From: Nemertoderma westbladi
Taxonomy: Eukaryota; Animalia; Xenacoelomorpha
DNA length: 64,000 bases
Direction: 5' to 3'
Assembly: GCA_032718475.1 (NCBI GenBank)
Contig: JAUCBJ010000284.1
Location: 1-64,000 of the forward strand
Position 1 is the stretch's first letter. Each line of letters begins with the position of its first letter. The position numbers and the translations under genes are program-made. This document shows positions 12,858 to 24,545 of this stretch, piece by piece. Under the pieces are notes generated by a model. The model did not search any database. It was not told where the DNA came from and saw nothing but the letters and a program-made list of their open reading frames with translations.

Positions 12858-13730
12858 GCCATTATCGAACCGTACAGACCATCCCAGACCTACCATCCGG
12901 AGTTGGGAGGAAAGGAAATACTGGTGGATTTCACCGAAAGGCATCCCAGGAGAGACGAGGAGATAGACATGGACAGGGACGCTAACGTCCAGAAGTTCGC
13001 TTACCAGCGACTCCATAGACCGAGGAGATCGCTTGGGACGAAAGACGACGTGGGGCGGGAGGCATTGGTACTCGGCTGCGATTACTGCGGGAGGCTTACT
13101 CACCAGGAAAGGAGCTGCTTGTACCGATTCCAGAAGGGGACGAGTTGCCTCTACTGCTGCGAGTCGAGTCATAGGATGGGGGCGTGTCCACGGTTGCACA
13201 ACCGGTGTTCTAAGTGCAACTTCCGGGGGCACTACGGACGCCAGTGCGACTGGATGGACGACGAGGAGAAGTTTAGGATCTTCGAGGAGTGGGCCGATGT
13301 CGGCGTCATGACGCGGCAGCGAATGAAGGCCCAGGAATTCCGGTGGGGCTTCTTTAATATTAACCAGGAGGCCCTCCTGGAAATAATCAAACGGAGACTT
13401 CCGTTTACTTATCAGGAAGTGTCAACGGCGGCGTCGTATGCCGGAGTGATAAATACACAGAGGTATTTAGACAGGTGGACGCCAGAGAACCGGGGAGAGT
13501 TCAGAGATTTCTTGGCGGAGCATGTGCCGCGGGCTATGAAGGTGATCCTATGGGAGGCCACTAGGGGGAAGCAACAGGGCCATTCGGAGGGGCCACCCGC
13601 GAAGCGATACCGGGAGCTAATAACACCAGCGCCCAAGGAGTCGACGACGGGAATCAGTAGGGAAGTGACGGCAAGGATCAGGAACCTTAAAGGGGATAAG
13701 AACAAGGGAGCGGCGACGACCAGGAAGTGA
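12858..13730 (+). CDS. Gag/nucleocapsid-like protein with three zinc-knuckle motifs; true start unclear
   Basis: CDYCGRLTHQERSC, CLYCCESSHRMGAC and CSKCNFRGHYGRQC (CX2CX4HX4C type); basic C-terminus; GC-richer than flanks. Frame open from 12858; first in-frame ATG at ~12969. Confidence 0.7.
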   Translation, partial: AIIEPYRPSQTYHPELGGKEILVDFTERHPRRDEEIDMDRDANVQKFAYQRLHRPRRSLGTKDDVGREALVLGCDYCGRLTHQERSCLYRFQKGTSCLYCCESSHRMGACPRLHNRCSKCNFRGHYGRQCDWMDDEEKFRIFEEWADVGVMTRQRMKAQEFRWGFFNINQEALLEIIKRRLPFTYQEVSTAASYAGVINTQRYLDRWTPENRGEFRDFLAEHVPRAMKVILWEATRGKQQGHSEGPPAKRYRELITPAPKESTTGISREVTARIRNLKGDKNKGAATTRK

Positions 13731-14455
13731 CCGAGAGAGGAGGACGACAGAGGGAAGGAACTGAGATGGTTCCCAAAGTCAGGAGGAGCGAACTAGAACT
13801 TAGAGGGGGAGATGCCTCGAAGGCACCACATGTGAAGTAATACGAACTCCTAAGTGCAAATTTAATTAAAAGTGCAATTAGTATGTACGTATGTAATAAT
13901 CATTAGAATAGATAATCATATAACCAATATGATCAAAAGTAAGTACTATACTATAGTCATGTAACCTTTTTCCAACTAGCTACTGGGACTGGGGGCCAAT
14001 TGACTATGACAGGAGGACGGGAGACTAGACGTAGCACTACACACTTGACACTTCTTAAGTGCGACGGCACGGAAGGGGAGGGTGAGGCTCGTCAGGAGTG
14101 AATGGGTTAAAAGTAGACAAGAGTTGAGTATAGAACGCGTGGAGAGGACGCGAGTGCAATTCAAGTGTGTGTGGGGGGGGGGGGGGGGGGGAGGAGTAAG
14201 AGGTAGAGTTAAAGTAGAGAGAAGTAGAGAAGAGTTATAGTGGAGTGGAGATAAAATTGTGTGAGAGAAATCCACAATTGTCTCGAACCGAGACGCCATA
14301 TGTCTTGGTTCAACGTAGGCGAAGTTGCACCAAGAGAGGGTAGTAATATCATACCCATAGGGAGCGGCCTGGAAAGCCGACTCCAAGAAAGATAACTCCA
14401 CTCCACACCCGATAGTAGATCGGGTTCCAACGGAATTGAAGCGCACTCGTAGGTG

Positions 14456-14718
14456 ATGCTATCTTCTCACCGGGAAGATAGCATGGGGGGGGGAGTGTGA
14501 GCGGATTCAATTCCGCCTCACCAACCCCATAAAGTTGGGAAGTGGCGTTTTAAGCAATATTGGGGAATACGAGGTTAATCACCATTAACCTCGTATCACC
14601 CCAATAACGGGGACAACACACGGCCCCAAAGAGCCACACAAAAGAGGTTAGAGGTCAAACCTCGAGAGGGAAAGTAACAGCCGCGGGGGGGGGGGGACAC
14701 TCCCACAGAGGTGGGAGC
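14456..14718. other. Cluster of consecutive stem-loops (structured RNA-like segment)
   Basis: ATGCTATCTTC/GAAGATAGCAT, TGAGCGGA/TCCGCCTCA, CCAAC/GTTGG, TATTGGGG-ATACGAGGTTAAT/ATTAACCTCGTAT-CCCCAATA, GAGGTT/AACCTC, CTCCCAC/GTGGGAG. Confidence 0.6.
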
Positions 14719-15059
14719 CGATAAATATACGAATATACAGAGAGAGAACTGCACCAGTATACAGAATGCAAAGAAACAACAGTACCGGTATGTGGGGAAC
14801 AGTATAATAAATTTAAATATAAGCCGAAAAAGGCCGAAAAAAATGTTAGGTCCTAAACTACTGAATATCAGAAATGCACCATTGAAGTTTAACATTAACA
14901 CCAAGCGATAAACCAGACAAACTTACTACTGTATATTAAAGGTTAATGAATGTCCGTTCTGCTAGTTTACGTTCTGCCCAGTTATCTCAACTCAATTATG
15001 ATTACTACGGTGACGAGAGCGCGACAATTTCTTAATTAAATGAAATTATGTCCAGACAG

Positions 15060-15528
15060 AGGGTTGAGGTTCTACCCATGAGTAAAAATCAAGAGGAGTC
15101 GGCTAATATCTTTGCATCATTGTTTAATCACAAGAAAGACGAAGGAAAGGGTTTACTCCAGTGAACGATACAATGGGGGAAGAAATTGGTAAGGAATTTA
15201 CGGGGTGTTGGATGGAAAGTTTCCTGACAGTAACGGAAGATGAGTTAACAAAAATTATTCGAGAAATGCCTTCAAAGCAAATGTGAAGTTGACCCGATCC
15301 CGATCGATATACTGAGGAAGGGAGGAAATTCCATGTTTAGACACTCCTTAAACCAGGAATAAAAACACAACCCTGGATAAAGAAGTACTAAATAATTTCC
15401 GACCTCTTGGGAACATTGCATTAATAGGAAAAGTTATAGAGAAGGTGTTAGACAGACAAATGCGGCGACATAGAGATTAATAACTTACTTCCATATTTAC
15501 AATCGGCATATAGAAAACATAATTCAGC
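15060..15528 (+). mobile_element. Degraded L2/CR1-group LINE RT fragment, interrupted by the RTE composite; resumes at ~19910-19965
   Basis: Broken frames give NNFRPLGNIALIGKVIEKVL and QSAYRKHNS; after the RTE, GGTGTTACACAGGGTTCTATTCTCGGG encodes GVTQGSILG. Confidence 0.7.
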
Positions 15529-15529
15529 G

Positions 15530-17370
15530 GTCAGGTCAGGTATTCTAGGTCATTGATCATGGTCATGCATGGTCACTGATCCATGCAGCATAAAGGAGGT
15601 GCCACCTGTGGCTGCATAGACCCTCTTACTAAGGGCAAATCTGGTCCGGTAACAAGGACCCCCTTCGTTCTGGAATAGGGACGCCCTTGGTCCTGGATTG
15701 AGGACCTATATACTTGACTCCATGGGCATATGGCCTGGCCATGGTGATCTACCAATGGCTGCTGGTCAGGATTAGAGTCATGTTCACTAGTCATTCATTC
15801 ATTAGTCTCATGTTCACTCTGAGTGCACTTCACTGCGACCTACACCTGGCAGCAGAGGTACAGGGCATGGTCCAGCAGATGAACTGCACAGCCAATGGTT
15901 GGTCATGTGCGTCAGAGTAGGTATGGGTGATGGGCCTCATATATGACTCCACTGAGACACCCACCCTGTGGAATGGCAAACCAGAGTGCGGTATTTGCCC
16001 CGAGAGCTAACTCGGCAAATAAGCAACCCCCAACCCCCACTATGGATTACATTAGTAATGCGCAGGTCTGGGCACTAGAATTACAGGACACAATGGCCTC
16101 ACAGGCGTCAGTTATCTCCTTACCCCCTACTGGAGAGAGCAGCCAACAATACTGTGAACTTTACTGGTGACATTTCTGACCTAAACCCTGGGTCACCAGG
16201 GAGGCCAAATTGCGAGGTGGAGAGGGATTCTGGAGTTGGAGGCTACTCTCATGTGCCACCCCGACCTACCAAGCCATTGGTGAATCGGAGGCAAGTCACT
16301 AGACTAGCCTCAGTTTACACCCTAACACTCGGGTCCCCAAAGTGACAAGGTGAGCTGACTGCCTTGGCAGATAAGCTTTCTCTTACGCAGTGGGAATTCA
16401 AGAGCACCGAATGCAGACTGGACAGACTGATGAGGTTCTGATTAAGGACATGGGGGGCGGTTGGCGACTCGCCCTCGCGTCAGCAGATGATAGTGGCAAT
16501 GGTGGAATTGGTCTATTGATGAATCCAACTGCACATGCGGCACTATTCCATAAATAATCTCTAACCGCATCATCCGTTGCCACTTCTCATGTTCTGGAAG
16601 ACTGGCTAAGACGTTTCCTAAGGTGGTTCTGATTGTGTGCTACCCTCCAACTGGTGTTGCCCCAGTAGAGGAGGTGGGAAATGTCTACTTGAATCTACAA
16701 GCAGCTACTGATGGAGTGGATCAGCATGCATTCTTAACATTCCTGGGAGACTTTAATGCAAGTCTGCATCAATCACCTACATCGCCCTGGGTCTATAGCG
16801 ATAATGTTAACCGAAATTCCGTCCATCTTCAGGATTGCATTTCTGCAAATGGGTTGTTTTCGGATAGAACCCAGTTCAAGAAGCGAACTGGAAAGCTATG
16901 GACTCATAGTGGGCCCAGTGGTCACAAGTCCCAGATAGACCATATTGACCCAGTTCAAGAACCGAACTGGAAAGCTTTGGACTCAAAGTGGACCCAGTGG
17001 TTCCAAATTTCAGATAGACCATATTCTGTTTCGTAGGAAATACAGGAGCTCTATACAAGACCTTAATGCATTTACACTTCGATCCTTCTCCAGTGATCAC
17101 CGCCTTATTGTGTCCAAGGTAAGACTTAGTCTGCGTGCTAGCAGAACAACGAAATCTGCCTTGCCTCGGCATGACTGGTCCTCTGTATTGTAACAGCCAT
17201 GTGTGAGATCCAGCTGCATACTACAGCTGAGCAATATGCATGAGGTTTTTGCCTCTGAGGCGGCATATCACTGCGAGGGCTATACCGCCTTCACAGAAGC
17301 AGTTAAATTAGCAGCTGTAGAAACAGTTCCTGTACACCCTCGAAACAGGAAAAAGGCCCCCATGACTGAC
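15530..17370 (+). mobile_element. RTE-clade LINE 5' part (UTR plus APE endonuclease), degraded, with an ~80-bp internal tandem duplication
   Basis: GIQEHR, GGIGLL, LGDFNA, SQIDHI, SDHR endonuclease motifs; near identity to 35963-36630; ACCCAGTTCAAGAA...CAGATAGACCATATT duplicated at ~16869 and ~16948. Confidence 0.9.
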
Positions 17371-17833
17371 CTACTAGGATCGGCATGCTGCATTGCAGCT
17401 GCATTTTTAAGATTGGTGTGCCGGCTTGTCGACAAAATTGCGCCGCCACAACTCCCTGTCACCCATGACATTTGCTAGAAGGCCAGTGCGCTTTAAGATG
17501 CGTCTCAAGAAAGTCATGGGCTGTCCACGAAGCTTATTCACTCCATGAGGCTGCCAAAGTACAAGATTATGCACTGGCTGGTCCTAAAAGCCGAAAGCAA
17601 TGTCCTGCAAAGCGAAGGCGATTTTGTTGTAGTGTCAAGCTTGGGGGAACAGATGAGACACCTCCAATGTTATATAGTGTCTCGTTGGAGATGTGTGAAT
17701 TGTACTTTACACAATGAACCCGGCGTAGCATTCTTGTGAATGTGCCATCCAGAGATTTGGTGTCCTCAGCAGTTAGAGCCCAGCATGGACTCCCATAGAG
17801 GAGTACTGGAACTACTGCTGCCACTACTACTAC
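17371..17833 (-). mobile_element. Inverted RTE 3' fragment with internal deletion
   Basis: Begins with reverse complement of the RTE 3' end (CTACTAGGATCGGCATGCTGCATTGCAGC); minus strand encodes AAVVPVLLYGSPCW...RLRFAGHCFR; ends in (ACT)n. Confidence 0.9.
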
Positions 17834-19865
17834 CTATACTGCCTTTACAGAAGCAGTTAAGTTAGCAGCTGCAGAAACAGTTCCTGTATACCCTCGAAAC
17901 AGGAAAAGGGCCCCCTGGACTGACAACAAAATTCAGAAGTGCCGAAATGACCTTCATAAGACGCAGAAAGAGTCCCGACTCAAACAGACTACAGCGGCCA
18001 AGAATGCAGTTAAGGCTGCATCTAGGTCCCTGAACAGGCAGTACTCTGTTAATCTACGGGAGCTAATAAACCAACAGGTTGATGCCATCAATGATGCTGT
18101 CGACAGCAGGCAATCATCCCAGGCATGGAAATCGATCAATCTGCTTACTGGGCGGAAAAGCCAACCAACCACCAAGGTTAAGGCTGAATCACCAGCCGAT
18201 CGCCTCAATGGTTGGAAAGCCCACTTTGAAAAGCTCCTCAATAATGACAGGGTATTGCCTGATAACTTTATAGAAGTAAAAGTGTCTGAGTCTGTACTCC
18301 CAGATATTCCCATTGGCGATATCTCCTTTGCAGAAGTGAAGGCTGCTGCAAAGAGCATTAAGACCAATCGTGCCAGTGGAGTAGATGGTGTTCCCCCTGA
18401 GGTCTTTAAAATACCTGAGTGTTTAAAGCTCATCTATCCCATCATAGTAGACATGTACCGTACAACAAGAGTCCCACAAGAAATGAAAACAAATAAGTTG
18501 GTGCCAGTTCCCAAGAAGGGCAACCTAACACTCTATGGTTCTTTTCGGGGAATCTCATTGATCTCGATTGCTGCAAAACTATACAATAGAATTCTATTAA
18601 ATCGCATCAGGGATCCCATTGAGAGACTGCTACGTGGAAATCAGAATGGGTTCCGTAAAGGTCGTGGGACCATGGAGCCCATTTTGGCACTTAGAAGGAT
18701 AATTGAAGAGTTATCAAAAAAGAAAGACAGGCATCTGGCTGTTATCTTTGTTGACTTCTTCAAGGCCTTTGATTCAGTCTCTCGCTCACGTATGTTCAGC
18801 ATACTTTCATTATATGGGATTCCTGATGAAATTATTGCAGCAATCAGATCAGTATACGATGGTTCGACAACATTTGTGTCTACTGTTGACGGTGACACAG
18901 AACCATTTGAAGTGTTATGGGGCGTCCTCCAAGGAGACACACTTGCACCATTCTTGTTCATTATTGTGGTTGACTATGTTCTACGCATGTCCTTAGATCA
19001 TCATAATGATGATGGGGTGATGATAACTCCACCTACTGGCTCCAGAAGTCGAGGAAATCCTGCCAAGTACCTAACTGATCTAGACTTTGCTGATGACTTA
19101 GGAGTACTCTCAGAATCATTAGAGGGAGCCCCACGGCTCCACAGCTCATTAGAACATACTGCTTCTAGTGTTGGTCTTTTTATTAACTCCAGAAAGACCA
19201 AAATTCTGACAGTTAACTTTGAAAGTCCTCAGCAAGTCTCTGATCGGATGAGCATAAGCTCAAAGGATGGTATGCTTGAGCATGTGGACGACTTCTGTTA
19301 CCTGGGATCATGGATCCGGAAGTCAGGTGAGGACCTTCGAATACGTAAGGGAAAGGCATGGGCAGCCTTGAATAGGCTTTCCAGGATTTGGAAGTCACCT
19401 AGAATTAATCGGAAACTTAAGGTTCGATTATTTAGAGCAGCAGTAGTTCCAGTACTCCTCTACGGGAGTCCATGCTGGGCTCTAACTGCTGAGGACACCA
19501 AATCTCTGGATGGCACATTCACAAGAATGCTACGCCGGGTAAATTGTGTCAAGTACAATGCACACATCTCCAACCAGACACTATATAACATTGGAGGTGT
19601 CTCATTGGTTCCCCCAAGCTTGACACTAGAACAAAATCGCCTCCGCTTTGCAGGACATTGCTTTCGCCGTGAGGACCAGCCAGTGCATAATCTTGTACTT
19701 TGGAAGCCTCATGGAGTGAATAAGCATGGTGGACAGCCCATGACTTTCTTGAGACGCATCTTAAAGGACACTGGCCTTAAAGATGCGGATGATCTAGCAA
19801 ATGTCATGGGTGATAGGGAGTTGTGGCGGTGCAATTTTGTTGACAAGCCGGCACAGCATTCTTAA
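17834..19865 (+). mobile_element. 5'-truncated RTE LINE with an open reverse transcriptase frame; 3' UTR missing
   Basis: ORF 18255-19865: PVPKKG, FRGISL, QNGFR, FVDFFKAFDSV, GVLQGDTLAP, FADD, YLG, RLRFAGH. Confidence 0.95.
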
Positions 19866-19990
19866 CATATTATGTAATATAATATAATATAATATATAAT
19901 AATATAATAGAATGTGCATACTATGGGGTGTTACACAGGGTTCTATTCTCGGGGTTTTGTTGTTTATACTAGGCCTATACTATTACTATA

Positions 19991-20299
19991 CTAGCTGGCA
20001 ATATCCGAGGCGGGTTACTCGGTATTTCCCGATAATTCTATTGCTAGGCCTACCTAATGCAGAATACAGTACCATTAATCTGTAAAGTAATTAAAAAAAA
20101 CTGGGCCGGTACCGGTTCCGCCAACCAACAACCGCGGTACCGAACGTGAATAAACTTTTCGAAAAGTGGCCTATAACGACCGCTCGTTAAAGTTATACTC
20201 ACATGCCAAGTTCCAGCGCAATCCCTCCGCCCGTTTTGGAGGAGTTCGAGCACAGAGAGAGAGAGAGAGAGATAATTTGACTTTTATAGGTATAGAAGA
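19991..20299 (-). mobile_element. Non-autonomous Helitron
   Basis: Minus strand starts TC (TCTTCTATACCTATAAAAG), then (CT)n, ends with hairpin CCGAG-TAACCCGC-CTCGG and CTAG; sits between A and T with no TSD. Confidence 0.75.
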
Positions 20300-20448
20300 T
20301 ACGGTCTTGTGCCCGAGATACATTAATGTCCGTGGGCGCTAATGTCTCAGTACCTTTTGTGCCAGCGGTCACTTAGTCGCATTGTCGCGGGCACTAATGT
20401 CCCATAGAAAATTAGTTCCCGCGAGACGTTAGTCCCCGCTAGACATTA

Positions 20449-21838
20449 TTTTTACAATAAGGTACACCCCCAGTCGGGTTAAATATAAATTCTAATATTG
20501 GTAATGTAGGGTAGGTATGTACGGTAGAATATAGTTGAGATTACGTAAAAAGATTATACACAACATTAATATGGAGTGAAGTATGCGCACATTAAATCGT
20601 AATTAAACTAATCGTTTAAGGCTAAAATATTATATAAAATAAAATTATTATAATTAAGCTAGTCTCCGGGGTTCGCGCTCTGCCCGTAACCGCCCCGTCC
20701 ACCAGGTCGCCGACACGTCTAACACAGACTCGGGGGGTAGGCTATGAGACTTTAAGGGTTGATTATTGTTTACTTAGCCTAGTAAGTAAGTGCTTTTCAG
20801 TAAGTGCTGAAAACCGTGGGAGGTGAATCTGGTGATGGTGTGTCTGTATGTCTGTCCCGCCCGTTTCCATGTTGTAGATGTAAAAGCTGGGCCAGGGATG
20901 GGGTAGTTGGCTTCGAAATTTGATTCTCTGTCTCTCCGATGGGTTCTGTATTGAGCGGTTACTGTCGTTGAAAAAATGTTCGGGTGTTTGGTAAGAATGT
21001 CATCGCATAAGCTGTTTTCACCTACCAGTTTTAGTGCGAGGGTGGAGGAGGCTGACGTGTGCAGTCTTAACATATGTTTGATATGGCAGGTTTTTGTTTT
21101 ATCAAGGTCAATGAGGTTGGTTAGCGAAAGATATGGGCCAATTTCTTCAAGACTATATGTTACCATTGGCTGTATTTTCATTCGGTATATTTTGAGGCCA
21201 GTCTCGATTGAAAGAAGGTGTAGTTTCGAAAGGGAGCCGATGACGCTATACGCTTTTTTCTTTTTATCTAAAATATGTTTAGTGAAGCAGAGTGTCGGTT
21301 GGAGAGTAATTCCGAGATATTCATATTCATTTACTATGTTTACAATCATTTCCGTCATAGGTGAATTTATCCATCATTGCAAGTCTACCTCCATTTCTAA
21401 ATTTGATTATTTTTGTTTTCTTCAAGTTTACTTCCATGTTGTTGGCTTTACACCAATCATGTAATGCATCTAGGGCATGTTGGATATCCAGTGGGTTTTT
21501 CGAATATATGGCAAGGTCGTCAGCGAAGAATAAGAATTTGAGAGAGGCGGCTATTTGTCGGAGAACAGTGGCTAGGTCGGTGATGAAAATTAAGAAGCAG
21601 GTCGGGCTGAAACAATCTCCTTGAAGGACTCCACGAAGCTGTTGTATAGCATTGGATAGTTGTAGGCCGTCATATATTCGGATGCTGTTTTCTAGAATGT
21701 CTCTGATTAGATTGTATAATTTGCCCTTTATTCCAAAACTGTGGATCTTAGACAGTAGTATTCCTCGGTTAACGAAGTCGAAGGCTTTCCGAAAGTCAAT
21801 GAAAGCTACAAATAGCCTGCGGTCGTTGGCATTTTCAG
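20449..21838 (-). mobile_element. 5'-truncated non-LTR retrotransposon (RT to 3' UTR), clade uncertain, degraded
   Basis: Minus strand encodes FVAFIDFRKAFDFVNR, GVLQGDCFSP, FFADDLA, YEYLGI; flanked by direct repeat CCCGCTAGACATTA (20435-20448, 21839-21852), likely a TSD. Confidence 0.85.
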
Positions 21839-23036
21839 CCCGCTAGACATTAGTGCCCGCCTAGCGACTTAGTATATGTAATACAACGGGCCAGGAAGAC
21901 TTTTCCCACTTCTTTAGTTCCTGCTGAGCTGACGCAAACGAGTCGTTACTATCTCAAACTGCAAAGGGACAAATTTCCAGAAATATTTATATACGATATT
22001 TTAGAAAAAATTGTGTTTTCATTGTACAACCTAAACTATTTAGAATCATATTGTGTATACTGTATAATGCTATTCTGCATACTGTATGTGGGGCGAGCCA
22101 CGTAAGATTGTATGACGGATGTTAGTGGACTGTCCGTCATCCTTCGTGAGAAATTTTTAAAAGCTATTAAGTCGGCCAATCTTTGATGGAATGGAACCAA
22201 ACTTGGTACACATGTAGTTTTTAAAAAGTTTAGAAATTCTACACACAGACAGACTTCTATAGTTAATCCGTCGTCCGCTAGGGGGCGAGTGACCAGGTAC
22301 ACAAATTGTACCTGTACTTAAAGGCTTATCTGGTCTTACGTGATGCGCGAAGTCCCCACGAACGTGTAGGCCTACTGTATTTATTACAGTTTGGGTAAAC
22401 GTCACAAATTGTGCTGCTGTCTGTTTTATGGGCTGCCTCTGCCAGCAACCATGCATTTTTGAGTTGCCCAATTCCCAAGTTTTTTTGTAAATATTCCTAG
22501 GATACTTTTATATATATATATATAGGCCTATTAATTATCTTGTTCTGTCTCGTAATTTCTCATATACTGCACGTGTAAGTGACCACAACTGTGATGTCGT
22601 TTCTAGTAGCAAAATCATAATTAATAAATTATAAATGTGTTAAAGAGTTATTTTAATTTAGATTTTCTTCTTCACTCTATCCCTCTCATTCCCCCTTGAT
22701 TATATTTTTTCGCCCCATTTCCCTTCTCGGATTTTTCGCCAAACTCTCTTGATTTTTCGCCCCTTTCTTTGGTTCACTGGGTGGGGGCTGCACCCCCCCC
22801 CCCCCCCCTCCCCGCCTTGTACGCCTATGCAAGAGTGCATATTTGCTGATCTGCGAGTTCGCATGGGAGATCTTCGTCACATGCTGCTTGCTATGAGCCT
22901 ACTTTTAGTCACCTTACTGGATAACCCACCAATACTACTTCACAAGTACCGGTAGTGTATACAAGCACAAGTTATTTTTTGAAAATACCCTACGCAAAAA
23001 TTCCCCTTTAGCATCCCCGTAGTAGCACGTGCCACT

Positions 23037-23213
23037 TATTAGTTATCACGTGCGCACGTATTAGTTATCACGTGCGCACGTATTAGTTATCACGTGCGCA
23101 CGTATTAGTTATCACGTGCGCACTTATTAGTTATCACGTGCGCACGTATTAGTTATCACGTGCGCACGTATTAGTTATCACGTGCACACGTATTAGTAAC
23201 ACATGCGCACGTG
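23037..23213. repeat. 22-bp tandem repeat, ~8 copies
   Basis: Unit TATTAGTTATCACGTGCGCACG. Confidence 0.9.
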
Positions 23214-23327
23214 TTTTTTTCTTCATCTCCCATTAGGGGCTCCGTAGAAAAGAGCTACTTTTTACGCAATGTAAATAGTTATAACATTTAATTCTAAGAA
23301 ATAATACCTTATTTGTAAATCTTCAGA

Positions 23328-24042
23328 TTTACTTACTGTAAGAAAATCGTGTCTGTCTGTTTGTTTGTCTGTCTGACTGTCTGTTTGTCAAACGAAAGGC
23401 TCCGAAACTATCCGGTCAATTGTGTTGTTTTTAGTATCCTCCTGTAGTGTATAGTCTGAATGGGTGTATAAAGCAATTTTCAGAAAAATACAGTCATTAG
23501 CTGGCTTATGTAATGGATTTCTGCGCAGGCTTTAGTATAAATCAATGAGGTTGCCAAGATTACTGTACTTAGTACACCCATACTGTTTGCTTAGTTTAGT
23601 TAGGCCCTACTTCCTAAACTCCACTCCCTCACAAACTTGAAATTCTTCATGGGTTAGCATTAGTGTGTGTTAAATATTTCATACAGCTGATAGCCTTATC
23701 AGTCAAGGTATGGGCGAATTTGAATTTATTACTAATTCCAGGTGAATGAATTTTAGTAATAATGTACTAATAATAAGTGTTATTATACTACATATAATTG
23801 GTGTAATTAGAATCATGAGAGGGAAACGTAGGTATTTTTGTTTCAGCTGATGGTATCTGTCTGTGTTGTGTAGTACTGGAATATAGTTGACATTGTCTAC
23901 ACCAAATATTTCCTATAAATTATATATCTTAAAGGAACAAAGTGATTTGAAAAGTTAAATATTAGTATATTAATTAATTAATAGAAGTGTTCTGAAGATT
24001 GAAGATTTACATCCCGCGTGCGGCGTGCTTGCCCACCACTAG
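23328..24042 (+). mobile_element. Probable non-autonomous Helitron
   Basis: 5' TTACTTACTGTAAGAAAATCG then (GTCT/GTTT)n; 3' GC-rich subterminal segment ending CTAG followed by T. 5' boundary uncertain. Confidence 0.5.
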
Positions 24043-24545
24043 TCTTTAAATTAAGTACAGTATTTCAATTTTTAATAGGATGACAGGCACTAAGTGGTAA
24101 TCTAGAACTTGATGAGTACAGTTCTCGTCTCTCCTATAACAATCCTTGATGGCACTTATTTAATGCGTGTTTCCATGTTATTGTAATTAGAGCCATTCCA
24201 AATACTGTAGGTAATAATAGCTATTAATTTATTGTTAATTAAGTAATAATGATAAATGTATATAATAGATGTAATAATAATTAATTATAAAAAATGTGTG
24301 CGATTGCTAAAAATGTACGCAACAATAAGGTAGAAAGAAGCTCTCATATAAATAGTAAACCTATCATAATTTATATTTACTTCTAACAACAGCCTTCTAT
24401 ATAGTAAACAAAGTCAGTTGTTTGGTGATTCGACAGTAACAAAATATTATGTTACTGACATTAATGCATCTGCTCTTGCTAGTCGCGTTATCAAAATAAA
24501 GACAAAAATATAGATTTATTAGAAAACTCACTTTAAATCCTAAAA

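Noticed and set aside
12837-14446. Minus-strand ORFs 12837-13232, 13412-13705 and 13976-14446
   Set aside because: No recognisable domains; antisense shadows or low-complexity sequence including a poly-C run. A spliced minus-strand gene cannot be fully excluded.
5350-14870. Terminal inverted repeats around the gag-like unit
   Set aside because: Only short matches (CTAAACTA, ATATAAGCC) in inconsistent order; no TSD found.
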